A DNA stretch of 64,000 nt from Phoronis australis (lineage: Eukaryota > Animalia > Phoronida): the NCBI GenBank assembly GCA_002633005.1, contig NMRA01000497.1:84883-148882 (forward strand), in the 5' to 3' direction. Below, piece after piece: positions 35,301 through 46,021 of the stretch; the stretch's first letter is position 1, and every line of letters begins with the position of its first letter. The translations under genes and the position numbers were made by a program. Under the pieces are notes generated by a model that was given only the letters and a program-made list of their open reading frames with translations, made no database searches and was not told the DNA's origin.

Positions 35301-38300
35301 CAGAAATCTGGAGGAAGGCAAGTTGCCGATCAGATGCTCAGTGAAGCGAAACATATGCCAACGGTGCAAAGTTGTCCCTCAGCTGTGCAGATGCCGTCTA
35401 AATATTCTTCAACAGAACTGTAGCTAACCTGTATAAGCAACATGGCCGATAAATTGAGTCCAGTAAGCGACCATCAGGACTCAATTTGGTGATCCGCAGG
35501 TCACTAATGTGACCTTAGGCTTTGTTTGCGACCTGGTAAAAATCCCAAGTCGCCACGCACACATCCGAGCATGCACTTGATGTACTAATATGGAATGCAA
35601 CATTACGACACTGATTTTATAAGTCTTACACAGTAAAAAGCTGATTTTTAGCGACTAAACAGGGCAAAATACAGCTTTAATTGATCAAAAACGCCTTCAA
35701 AAAGGGCAACAATCACCTTTAAGAATCTGTTATTAACAAACATCTTTACGATTAACAGATATGTCATGGTGACTAACTGAAGGAACAAGAGAATGAAAAA
35801 CTTCACCTTTGTTCTTAACTCTGCCGGGTCTTGGATGATGATGATAGGGAGGTCGAAAGGACTCGTCTGATGAACTTAGATCTCCGTCAGTAACCAAACC
35901 TAGAGAAAATAGTTATGGACAGGTTGAACTTGATGAGGACCAGATCAAGTACTGTTCTCACTAAAGAGGTCAACCTCACTTTGGATAATATACCTCAGGT
36001 ACTGTTCTCACTGAAGAGGCCACCCTCACTTTAAACAATATACTTAGTGAACTGTTCTCACCAAAGAGGGCACTCTCACTTTCGACAATATATCCCAAGA
36101 ACTGATCTCACTGAAGAGGTCACCCTCACTTCAGGTAAAACATCTCAAGTACTGTTCTCACTGAAGAGTTCACCCTGGTTTTCAATAATATAACAAAGAA
36201 TAGATAATGGCAATTCTTCTTGTACTAAGTACACAATACAGCAAACAAGTGAAACTCTAAACAAAACAAAACATTAATAAAATTTCAGTTTATACAACGT
36301 ACAAGTCACACAACAACACACGGCAAAGCTTTCACAATTTGCACCAAGGTTGTCATCTTTTGAAAATTAGGAAATCAAAAAATTATGTCAATTAGTTTTT
36401 GTGAAATAAGTGAATAATTACCACAGATACATAATTGTAAGCCAAGATAAATCATTATTAAAGTTGCAAGCTATTATCATTAACGATATTGTTCAGCAAG
36501 GCTAATGCGACAAAGACAGCAGCCAGTGTGAAAGCTGTAGTGCCTGGGGGCAACAACATGATTTTCTAATCTTTGGAAATTTTTGTTTTGCGTTCAACCT
36601 TTCACTCACCGGGTTCTGACCGAAGGGAGATCCCTTGTCTGAGGTGATTGTCAATGAGGCCAACGATCTTTGTGAAGCCTGACAAGAGGGCCAGGCAGCG
36701 GGCAGTATTGTTATCCTTTCCCCGCACATGGACATTGGAGCCCTGAAAGGCAATGAATAAAGGTTGGTCCTTTCATGAATGGAATAGGCGTAATACACTG
36801 CAAGGTAGGCTTCTGTGACCTTTTGTTTTCCATCCATTTAATGTATCATTTCTGATTCACAAGTTCAAAGCTCACTTCTAACCTTTGATGGAACGTGTCG
36901 AGACAAACATTAAGGCAACCAGTGGCTAAAGTTAAGACTGAGTCAGGATTAAATCTCTGATTTCAGGCATGAAAGTTAAAGCAGTAATTCTTAATATTTA
37001 TGTTTTCTGTCCAAAAAGTTTTGATTTCGGCTTCTTACCGTCATAAAATTGGTCCGAATCAAAGCGGGCGTAAGTTCTGGGCTAGGACAGAAATGACAGT
37101 TGGGGTCAAGCTCATAAAATTTCGGGTCACAGCGAGCCCATAATCACTTTTAAACTGAGTAACGAACAAAACACGACCGCTGCAAGAGGCTTCCACCAAA
37201 AGTTGTATTTTTTAAGCACGAGTTAAATGATGTTTCAGTAACCAATCAGCCTTAAGTACAAGTTTGTGTGCTTACTCGACGTGCACCACACAATCGGTCA
37301 ACTATCCAGTCCAGTTTCGACTACAGGGATTTGTCCACGTGCTCGAGTGCTTTTGATACAAAAAAATTACTGGACAGAGAATGGCCATTAGCGCGTTGAA
37401 ACCACGATTAAAACACTTTTGCTTCCAATGCCAGAAAAATGCGATAAACAACACAGTTATAATAATAATTGTACAAGAAATGTTTTCTCATTTTCACATT
37501 TTGTAGCCATTTCATGGCCAACAACTTTACTAGCCTTTATACTACTGTTGCACTAAGGTTTAAGTTAGTCATACTTCAAAAATTCACGTAATTACGACTT
37601 CAATAACTTTCAGCCAGTAGAAAATTCTTGTTGAAGACTTACGAATTCTAAAAAGTACTGCACTATTATTTCGTGACCCTCAGATGCCGCCCACATCAGA
37701 GGTGTGTAGCCCTTCGCTATCTCCCTGCAAAAACGGCCACATAAAGATACAAGACACATTCAAAACCAAACAAGGGTGGGATCTAATCTTTTTACTAAAA
37801 GATCAAATTCAAATTTATTTTTTGGTATTTTCTATTCTATTTTTGTGCAAATCTAGGTAAGTGTAAGTTATTCTGTGCTCGACTACATTAAGGTTTATGG
37901 AAATAATGTTTCTATTTCTAGTCCAAGTTTGCATTTGAGTGAGCTAGAAACTCCAGTAAAGAGGTGAAATTTAGAGTAAAAACTCAAAATTTTGAGTTCT
38001 AACTCTAATGTTTATCCTGAATGATAGGATTAACAAGTACAAACTGGGAATAGACGGTTTTCCATCTAAACCACATTGTACTTGTGTGTCAGGCACTCAT
38101 CTTGATATTCCACAAAAACAGATACCAAACATAACTTTGAGTTTGAACTCGATTAAAATGATTAGACTTTGCGCTTAGGTATAAAATGTTAAGACCATGC
38201 ATATTTTTATGCGTGAATATTGCATGGAATTTTAGCCAAGATTATAATTCGGATGTTTAGAGACGAAATGTCATGGCAGTAGACGACGCAATATGGACCT

Positions 38301-41300
38301 GGAAATAAGAATAGACATGCTGTCACATTGGGTTCAAAACGTCATAACGATGGCAAAATAACGTCATGCTAAACATCCCTAAGGTTTTGATGTGACTGAT
38401 TATTGCATAAATGCATTCAACAATTAATAACAAAGTTTCAAAAGATAATCAGTAAAATTCTTGACTTTGCTTATTGTAAATTTCAAAACATACTGAAAAT
38501 AATATACAGATACAGAGTGAACATTAATTTCATTACGAACCTAAACAATACTTTTACTCTAGTCTCAAATCCATTTTGCATACGGTTCACAAAAAATTGT
38601 CCAGTAATTTTTAGTCAAAATGAATATGGGTGTACGTAAGAATGTCAGACTACAACTTCTATATGTTGGCAGCCGGGTAACTGTCAAAATGAATTTGGAC
38701 AGCACACAGACTACAACTTTTTTAAGTTAGCAGCTGGGTACAGTCAAATGAATTCGAATGTTCCTATTAAAGCACACTGACTACAACTTCTATCTGTCGC
38801 CTACTGGGTACAATCAAAAAATTTAGAAGTACTGTATCGCGGTGTGCAGACCACAGTGGTAAAGTATATAAAATCCATGCAATGTGAGAGAAATTTGAAT
38901 TTGATTTTGAAGGGGTGAGAGGTCTAGTCAGTTTTTCAAGCAGCCTAACAGTACACTTAATGGATATTTTGTCCACCAGACAACACTGCAGGCAGCATCT
39001 GGATGCCTGACGAAGGCAGCCAGCCTCCCTGAAAAATAAATCAAACGTCAGCTGCCTGGCACCATACCCCGTATGATCAGTAAACATCCAGGCAGATTCC
39101 CGAACTATACTGTTTAATGACAGGAAATTTAATTTCGTAATAAAAACATAGCATTGCCTAGTTATGCTTGGATCAGCACGCACAATGATTTGACTCCCCA
39201 GCCGTTGACTCACCTGACTTCTTTATCAGCTAAATTCTCCAACAAGAATTTAACGACGTTCTGATGCCCAGCATATGTTGCATGAAATAACGCGGTCCAA
39301 CCTTTCTTATCCTTGGCTTCTATGTTGGCACCTTGCTGTAATACAAACAACTTATTTCTTTAGTCATTATACATATGTACACATGCTTCACAGCCAGCCA
39401 GAATTCATTAAAAACTGGTAGGAAGAGCACTGTTTATTTCAGTGTTATGATCATATTTGTTCCATACCAAGAAACGATGCCTTTGATTCAGACGCAAATA
39501 GGTGATCAGTAGAAAACAAATAGCCATCCAACAGCATAAAAACAATTAAATAACCCAAAAATCTAACAGACTATGAAATATTTTGTTGAAAACCGCACTT
39601 CATATTTGCAAGAAACCTTTCCAGTTTCACAGAATGCAATATGAGGAAATATTACCTAGCAAAAAAACAATTTCAATTGTGTGTTAAAACACACACTTTA
39701 GCAACGTGGACATAAGGACTTAAAATCATGCCAAGAATTGAGGCATGTGGCAGATAAATTTCTGGCATGCCATAAGATGTCATTAGGGCCAGTCAATTTA
39801 TAACAATATTACAACAAATATTAAATTATGCCCTATTGTGAATTTGCCGAGAATAGCTGACCTACGACCTTTCTTCTCCACTTGATGGCTGCACAATATT
39901 CTGTGCATCCGTCACTTTATATAATCATATTAAAGGTTCATTTCACCCAGTTTAGCCGGCTCAAAACAAAAATTGAATTAATGCATTTTACTCTCATAAA
40001 ATCTGCTTCATAATATACCGTACCTGCTAAACCGGCTGAAAAACAACTTTTAGAACAAAATGGACGCAAAAATGTTAAATCTGAACAGCTCCTGCTTACA
40101 CATAGTAAGAAGTAGCAGACGCTTTCATTGCCGCAGCTCGCCGCTAGCATTAGCGCCGTCTGTCCTTTGTTGTTCTTGGCGTGTACATCTACTTTAGATT
40201 CTAACAGCAAGTTGACCACGTTGTCGTGTCCAATGTAGCTAGCGTACATTAGCGGTGTCCAGCCGCCCAGGTTCTTCCTAGTAAGATCCTCTTTTCCGCT
40301 GTAGTTAGTGAAGGTTTAGTTAAGTCTACTGTGGCAAATGAACACTTGGCATGATAATATGTTAACGGTACATTACAACATGATATATAGAATAGTGAAG
40401 TTTGAATTCAGAGGCATGATCACAGATCTGTTTTGACCCAGTGAAAGAGCTCAGTGGATATGCATAAAAATCAAGCTATAATCAAACAGAACTACCGTAC
40501 GCGCATATTTAGGCTACACACGAAGCTGCGTCTGCATCTGGAATTAGGCACAAACACTTGTTGTGATGAGCAAATACCAAACAGACAAGCAAGTGAGCAA
40601 AACTTGACCCATCCTTTAAGAAAGGTAGATGCTGACATGTATGTAATACAAAGTGTAATATTAACTATGGAAAGTGCAGTACAAAGAATGACCAAGTGGC
40701 GTACGGAAAACAGCCAACAGGCATGCGTATCCACTGCAGCAGTCACAGGTCTCTACTCGAGAAACATTTAAATAAAATAGTTTTTGAAAGAATCCATAGT
40801 CAAAAATAGGCACAAGCACCTAAATGCACAAAATAATGCAAAAATTTTGGTTCAGGTCTAAAGTTTTGGGGGAAATGTTTCTGGGAAGTGTCTTTAAAGT
40901 CCTGTGTTTTCTCCCTAAATAATTATACAATACTGCAATTACGAAATAATTTAAAAGCAGCAAGTGGTTTCTTCAAACCAATTATATGAAATACCAGAAT
41001 AAATTTCCTGATATCAGTAACTCTTAACAGATGTAATCTCAAATGTCAAAATATCCGTGCTCACAGACAGTGACAGTGCACTGGAAATTAGCCGCTTGCG
41101 CAAAACGTTAAGAATCTTGGTTTAATAAGACATACCTGACAATGAACATCCTAACGGCATCATACTGTCCAAGGCTTGAAGCAGTATGAATGTCCACAGG
41201 AAGCGGATCAAAGTCCTCGTCTACCCCACTCCAGCCTCTCCAACACGACAGACTTCTGTCTAGCAGTTCGCTCTCTGAAGACTCATCTGAAGCAGCTTCA

Positions 41301-41323
41301 TACAGCAAGTCTTCAGATGCCAT
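29354..41323 (-). CDS. ANKS3: Ankyrin repeat and SAM domain-containing protein 3
   Basis: 12 phase-consistent exons: 41323-41136 (SESELLDRSLSCWRG...PVDIHTASSLGQY), 40298-40100 (GWTPLMYASYIGHDNVVNLLL), 39335-39214, 37724-37643, 36742-36610, 35899-35807, 34649-34563, 33475-33329 (GYVTF...RDFTSPI), 32583-32102 (SAM: [30 protein letters not shown]), 31529-31388 (LLGPRRKMTNAIARWH), 30552-30380, 29609-29354. N-terminus, ankyrin repeats, SAM and coiled coil match the ANKS3 architecture. A single N at 32224 causes an apparent frameshift. Confidence 0.93.
30605..30780 (+). repeat. Dispersed repeat shared (inverted) with 60575-60750
   Basis: ACTCATAATTACTTGGCTAAAC and GGAAGCGTAAGA..AAATTTCTGTCT occur as reverse complements at ~60585-60660. 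Confidence 0.7.
35951..36200. repeat. 50-bp minisatellite x5 in an ANKS3 intron
   Basis: ACTGTTCTCACTGAAGAGGTCACCCTCACTT units at 35951, 36001, 36051, 36101, 36151. Confidence 0.92.
38648..38825. repeat. Diverged ~61-70-bp tandem repeat x3
   Basis: GACTACAACTT...GGGTA...TCAAA at 38648, 38709, 38779. Confidence 0.75.
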
Positions 41324-41784
41324 GCTGCCACCTTTTGGGCAAAAATCACAATTTGAAAGCAGAGTTCAAAGGTGCCCAATTTACCACAGTACGTGAAAAG
41401 AGCACAGACCTCACAGGGTTAGAACTTCACTTACAAGCATATTTTCGCTTCCATGTTTTGAAACTTGAAGAAAAACCAAGAAGTTAAAAAAATAGTTACA
41501 ACCATTTTTGCTCCCCTTCTCGTTTCTAAAATAATTGAAAATTAACCAAATGCAGCCTCTGCATTTTTCTCTTTAGATTGTGCCAGATTCACATCTCCAT
41601 GAAACCATCAGCACAATTTGTCTCTGGAACTCCGTACACCACAACCATAAGTCCTCCAAACTGATTTATGGGTGCTTCAAACGGGACATCATAGGCGTTA
41701 TACAGCAGGATATGTATCAAATGTTTTCATACGAGGTATAAATATGAGTTGTTGTTTAAAAGATGTATTTGTATGCTACTAACT

Positions 41785-42147
41785 ATGCTAATGTACAGCA
41801 TGAAATAAACAATGTTATTTTAACATAATCTACGCTTGTATTCATTGACAACTTGCAAGTTTGAAAACAAAAAAATCTATATTTATGTGACTTTTGCACT
41901 AATGCCGTATCTCGCAAGCTCACATAGTCCACATCATGCAGTGTTATTCCCCAACACCAAGTCACAATACTTACCGGACACGTGCGGTTTGACAGTGACA
42001 CGCAGAGGATCATTTTCGTCGCAAAACTCGTTAAAAACATTTGTCAATTTTCAACCGACTTCATATTCACATCGTTGCTATATGACCTGTTTCTAACTAA
42101 TTTGGCCAAACAATCACAGAAATAAGGATTTAGCGTGCAAGTTCCAC
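41785..42147 (+). repeat. Dispersed repeat, copy B
   Basis: Colinear similarity to 1790-2134. Confidence 0.75.
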
Positions 42148-42672
42148 AGTTCCACAGCGTGCCGATACACCTTTGGCATCCACAGGCAACGCATTGCCTA
42201 TTAGATGGCTGAAATGCAGGATTACTGACAAAGGGATGAACGTCGTCTCTTTTTAATGGAATGCATGGTTTCTCGACAAAGCGTGACCTGATTTAGAGAC
42301 GCAGGCAATCACTGAATAACAGCCTCATTACTTAGTGGCTTAAACTAGTTCTCTAGATCAGGGACCATTAATTCCCACTGCTACCTTTAAGCTAATTATT
42401 TCGGTCTCAATTTAACATTACACCTGAAATTACTTTAGTAAAAATACATAACTTAGAAGTGACACCATGAAGACAATTATTCACGTCTTCTTGGTATCAC
42501 TACTATACTCTAGCATGGACTTTACACTTTTGTCTTAATTTCTCTATCATGGGTAAGTGGACTTACAGTTACATATTCATTAAAGCTCGTGAGAAACTTC
42601 TGCAGAATAAAGTTTTTTTTGAAGTTATTGGCTCTACGGTAACCTATTTTTTAAACTACCAGAGCTTGTGTT

Positions 42673-43340
42673 GCTGTGCGTGAACTTGGAATCCTGCTTA
42701 ATCTCAAGATTAAGCGGAAGTGAGTGTTGCGTGAACTTGGAATTGAATATTCTTTAAGACAAAAAGGTGACATTTCTGTTCGCTGAAAAGAATTTTTGCA
42801 GTTATTGGCCTCAAAATCAACCATTTTCTCCCTTACTGTAACTTGTGTCGCTGAACTGGAGGAATATGTGAATGGCTAAATCGATTATTGTTTGGTGAAA
42901 CTGATCGCCCGAAGATGAAAAGGTTGGTTTAAACTGATATTATTTTATTCAAATGTAACTTGATTTAGTGCAGTGCAAATGTTTATGAACATGAACGTGA
43001 TTATTTGAGTGAACTTGTCAAGTTGCCTCGCGTATTCCAAGTTCACGCAACACTCACTTCTTGAGATTAAGCAAGATTCCAAGTTCACGTACAGCAGTGT
43101 CACTTCAAAGGAATTGAATGGTTAATTATCGTTTTATGATTAATTTTACCAACAGCTGGAAAAAAGCCAATAAAACAGCCGTGCAATTCATCCAAAAATA
43201 TGATTATTTGACCACATAACTGGATCTAGTGGATTCTAGTCATTTCTAGTGCCAACTTGCCAAGCTTACTTGAATGCCAGATTCCAAGTTCACGCATACG
43301 TGATCTTGAGATCAAGCGGGGCTCCAAGTTTAAGCACAAC
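42673..43340. repeat. Inverted repeat built from ATTCCAAGTTCACG units (MITE-like)
   Basis: Arms 42673-42743 and 43034-43095 are reverse complements; a third copy lies at 43281-43340. Confidence 0.75.
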
Positions 43341-43637
43341 ATCACTACTCTGGAACAAATTTGTTTTGAACTTCTGACGTGGCCTGTGACTGTGTGTCTG
43401 TGTATGGGACAGTCTGACAGTGACAGTGACAGACATTGTCATTGATTGACAAGTCATTGTTGTCAAATCTTGACTCTGAGTTTGTGTTGGTTACTTCTTT
43501 AATTAATCAAGGCGTTTAAAATGAATGTATTAGAGTGGAAAAAATCTAAATCCTTAAAGAAAAATGTTATCAACTCAACCAGAAACTCTAAATTCAGGGA
43601 ATTTGCGTTGACGTGTAGCACAATAAGGACACCGTAC

Positions 43638-43868
43638 CTGCATTTGTCCCAGGTTCCAATCAACTACCCTGCCCTCTTGTGTTGAAATTGAAATCTCGTC
43701 TGTTATCGCGGTAGTTAGTAATCCGGGGATTTTTTTAATGGTGGACGTTTGTAAACCCGAGATCGAATCTCTGAAGTTGACAGTCCATGCTAGTCTTGCA
43801 CAATAGTATAGAATGACGGCGTAACATATTTATCTCATAACCTTCTATGCACAGCGTTTCATTCACAA
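43638..43868. promoter_or_regulatory. Putative bidirectional promoter and non-coding first exons of ANKS3 (-) and DNAAF8 (+)
   Basis: Minus-strand donor CAG|gtacgg at 43638/43637 and plus-strand donor CAA|gtaagc at 43868/43869; locally CpG-richer. Both ATG exons start just after an acceptor (41331 and 46012), implying upstream UTR exons. Confidence 0.45.
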
Positions 43869-44399
43869 GTAAGCTTTATTTGTTTTAACGGTCATAGTTA
43901 TTAAAAAAATGCATTTGAAGAGAGCGTTCTCTGTAAATCTTGGAAATGAAGGATTGTTGTCATAATTACCAAGGAGTCGAGAGTAATGTAGCTCCTGACT
44001 GTTTAACTGGCTTGCATTCGGTTGGCACAAGGTGCGCACAAGAAAGCTAGTGTGATCACTTAGTGCATGGCGATGTTGTAAAAGCGTCCCGTGACAGGCT
44101 CCAGTGTTTATAAGTGGTAATAATAATAATAAATAATTGCTGTCACCTGCTCAGATGAGATTGGTCAGAGTTCGATATGGTAATGGCATAACATTAATAG
44201 ACTTAAGACTATACTCTGCTGGTTTCAATAACTTGCATGTCGGTACATGAATGGTTAATGTACCCACATGCAAGTTATTCAGGTTCAATTCCCAAATGGA
44301 ATAATTGATTTGACTAGTTGCAGTTACTTACTAATCTTTCAAAGACGTAGGTGCTTGATCTTGCATTTTCGTGAGTTTCTTGCACCTAAGGAACACAGT

Positions 44400-44520
44400 C
44401 CTGGACTGTGCCTGTACCTGGACAGTGCCTGGACTGTGCTTGTGCCTGGACTGTGCCTGTGCATGGACTGTGCCTGTGCCTGGACTGTGCCTGTGCCTGG
44501 ACTGTGCCTTTGCATGCAGA
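44400..44520. repeat. 17-bp TG-rich minisatellite
   Basis: (GGACTGTGCCTGTGCCT)n, about 7 imperfect copies. Confidence 0.9.
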
Positions 44521-44699
44521 CATGGTTTTAAATTATTGATCCCATATGTCAGAAGAACAATGCTAGACTTTCAAGAAGGAATGGGGGTGGGGGGGGGGGT
44601 GNNNNNNNNNNNNNNNNNNNNNNNNGGTGATCATGAGGAATTTGTACCGTCACGGCATCACCAGGCTGTACCAGGATCATGGGTGTAGTAGACAGTGAC

Positions 44700-44790
44700 C
44701 CCTGTCTGTAGCTGGCTATAGTAGAGATGGTAAGGCTCCCTGTCTGTAGCTGGCTATAGTAGAGATGGTAAAGCTCTTATAAGAGCTTTA
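44700..44790. repeat. 34-bp direct duplication followed by a 22-bp perfect palindrome
   Basis: CCCTGTCTGTAGCTGGCTATAGTAGAGATGGTAA twice; TAAAGCTCTTATAAGAGCTTTA at 44769-44790. Confidence 0.85.
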
Positions 44791-46021
44791 TACGCCTCAC
44801 ACTGCATGACAGCATTTTCCCATGCAGTGACTTTACCAGACGTAGGGGGTTCTAACATCTAGCCAAGCACACTCTTTTGTCTGTTATGACAAGAAGCAGG
44901 CCAATTATCTACCAGGCTTATTACAGACCACGTGTGAACACAGTCAAACTCAAAGTGAATTGGTGTATTCAGAAAGAATAGATTGTTGTAACTTAGGTTA
45001 CAGTTGGGCGATGGGCGATTCAAAATCTAAACATGATCACCATTTGACTTAGATTTCAGAAATGCTATTGGTTTATGTTCAAATATGTTATAACTTAACT
45101 TTTATTTTTAACAGCACAGCCCAGTCAGGGTAGATATGATCTTATTGGAGATTAGAGCAATTATCAAACAAAAGAGAGCTGGCCCTCCAATCATAAATGC
45201 CAGAATGGAGTTAATCAGTCGTGTAAGATATTGGCTACAGGGGTAAACTTCCCAACTTGTTGTTGGGCTATAGAATCGAACAAGCAATGGGAAGCACCGT
45301 AATGGATCAAAACATCAAGGACACGTTGTTATAAGAACATTTTGCGTACAGAGGGATAACTTAGGAGGCCGTCAATGTTTTTAAATCCTTCCAACTCAAA
45401 CAAATACTGTAATCGAACTTTTTCTTGGAGCATTCCTTCATTCCGTTGCCCAATTCAGCATCTGGCCATTTTCAACACTGTGCGCGCTCCTGGCGGGACC
45501 TGATATTTATGAGTGCTTAACTATAAATTCTTTTGAAGTCCTGAAACGACCCCTCTAATTTGACTGATGAACAATACGAGACCAATTTTATTATTATACT
45601 AAGTGACCTCATTCAAATTTTTTTTGCAGAAGACATGAATTTAATGTTGCCTTAAATGAGCTGAAAGAACAATTGTTCGAAGGCTGAGTCATAACCTTGC
45701 TTCGTGCTACCCGAACACATCATTCACTTTGACTATCACGTCCATCCTCGAACAGCATCGCAGTTTCACAGCAATCTTATTGGAGAGCATGCAACTGTTC
45801 TTGTTGTGTTAATTAAGCTGTTCAAAAGTATTCCTGAGTCACAACACCATACGAAGCTGAAACTGTGAAAAGAAATTGACTCTTTTATCTGGACAACCAA
45901 TGCCCTCATAATGATTTATTGTGATGTTGTTATATTCCCATGTTGTTAAGTATATTCACACGTATAGTTTTGCTTGCAAAAATCAAGTTTCAGTTTGGTC
46001 GATCATTTCAGGAGAAACAAA

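Noticed and set aside
35951-36200. CRISPR-like repeat/spacer appearance
   Set aside because: The variable parts are short and related to each other, the context is a eukaryotic intron, and there are no cas genes.
44583-44625. G-run suggesting a G-quadruplex
   Set aside because: It abuts an N gap, so the true sequence and length are unknown.
44268-44688. Cys-rich ORFs (CACAWTVPVPGLCLC)
   Set aside because: Translations of the 17-bp minisatellite, not a metallothionein-like gene.
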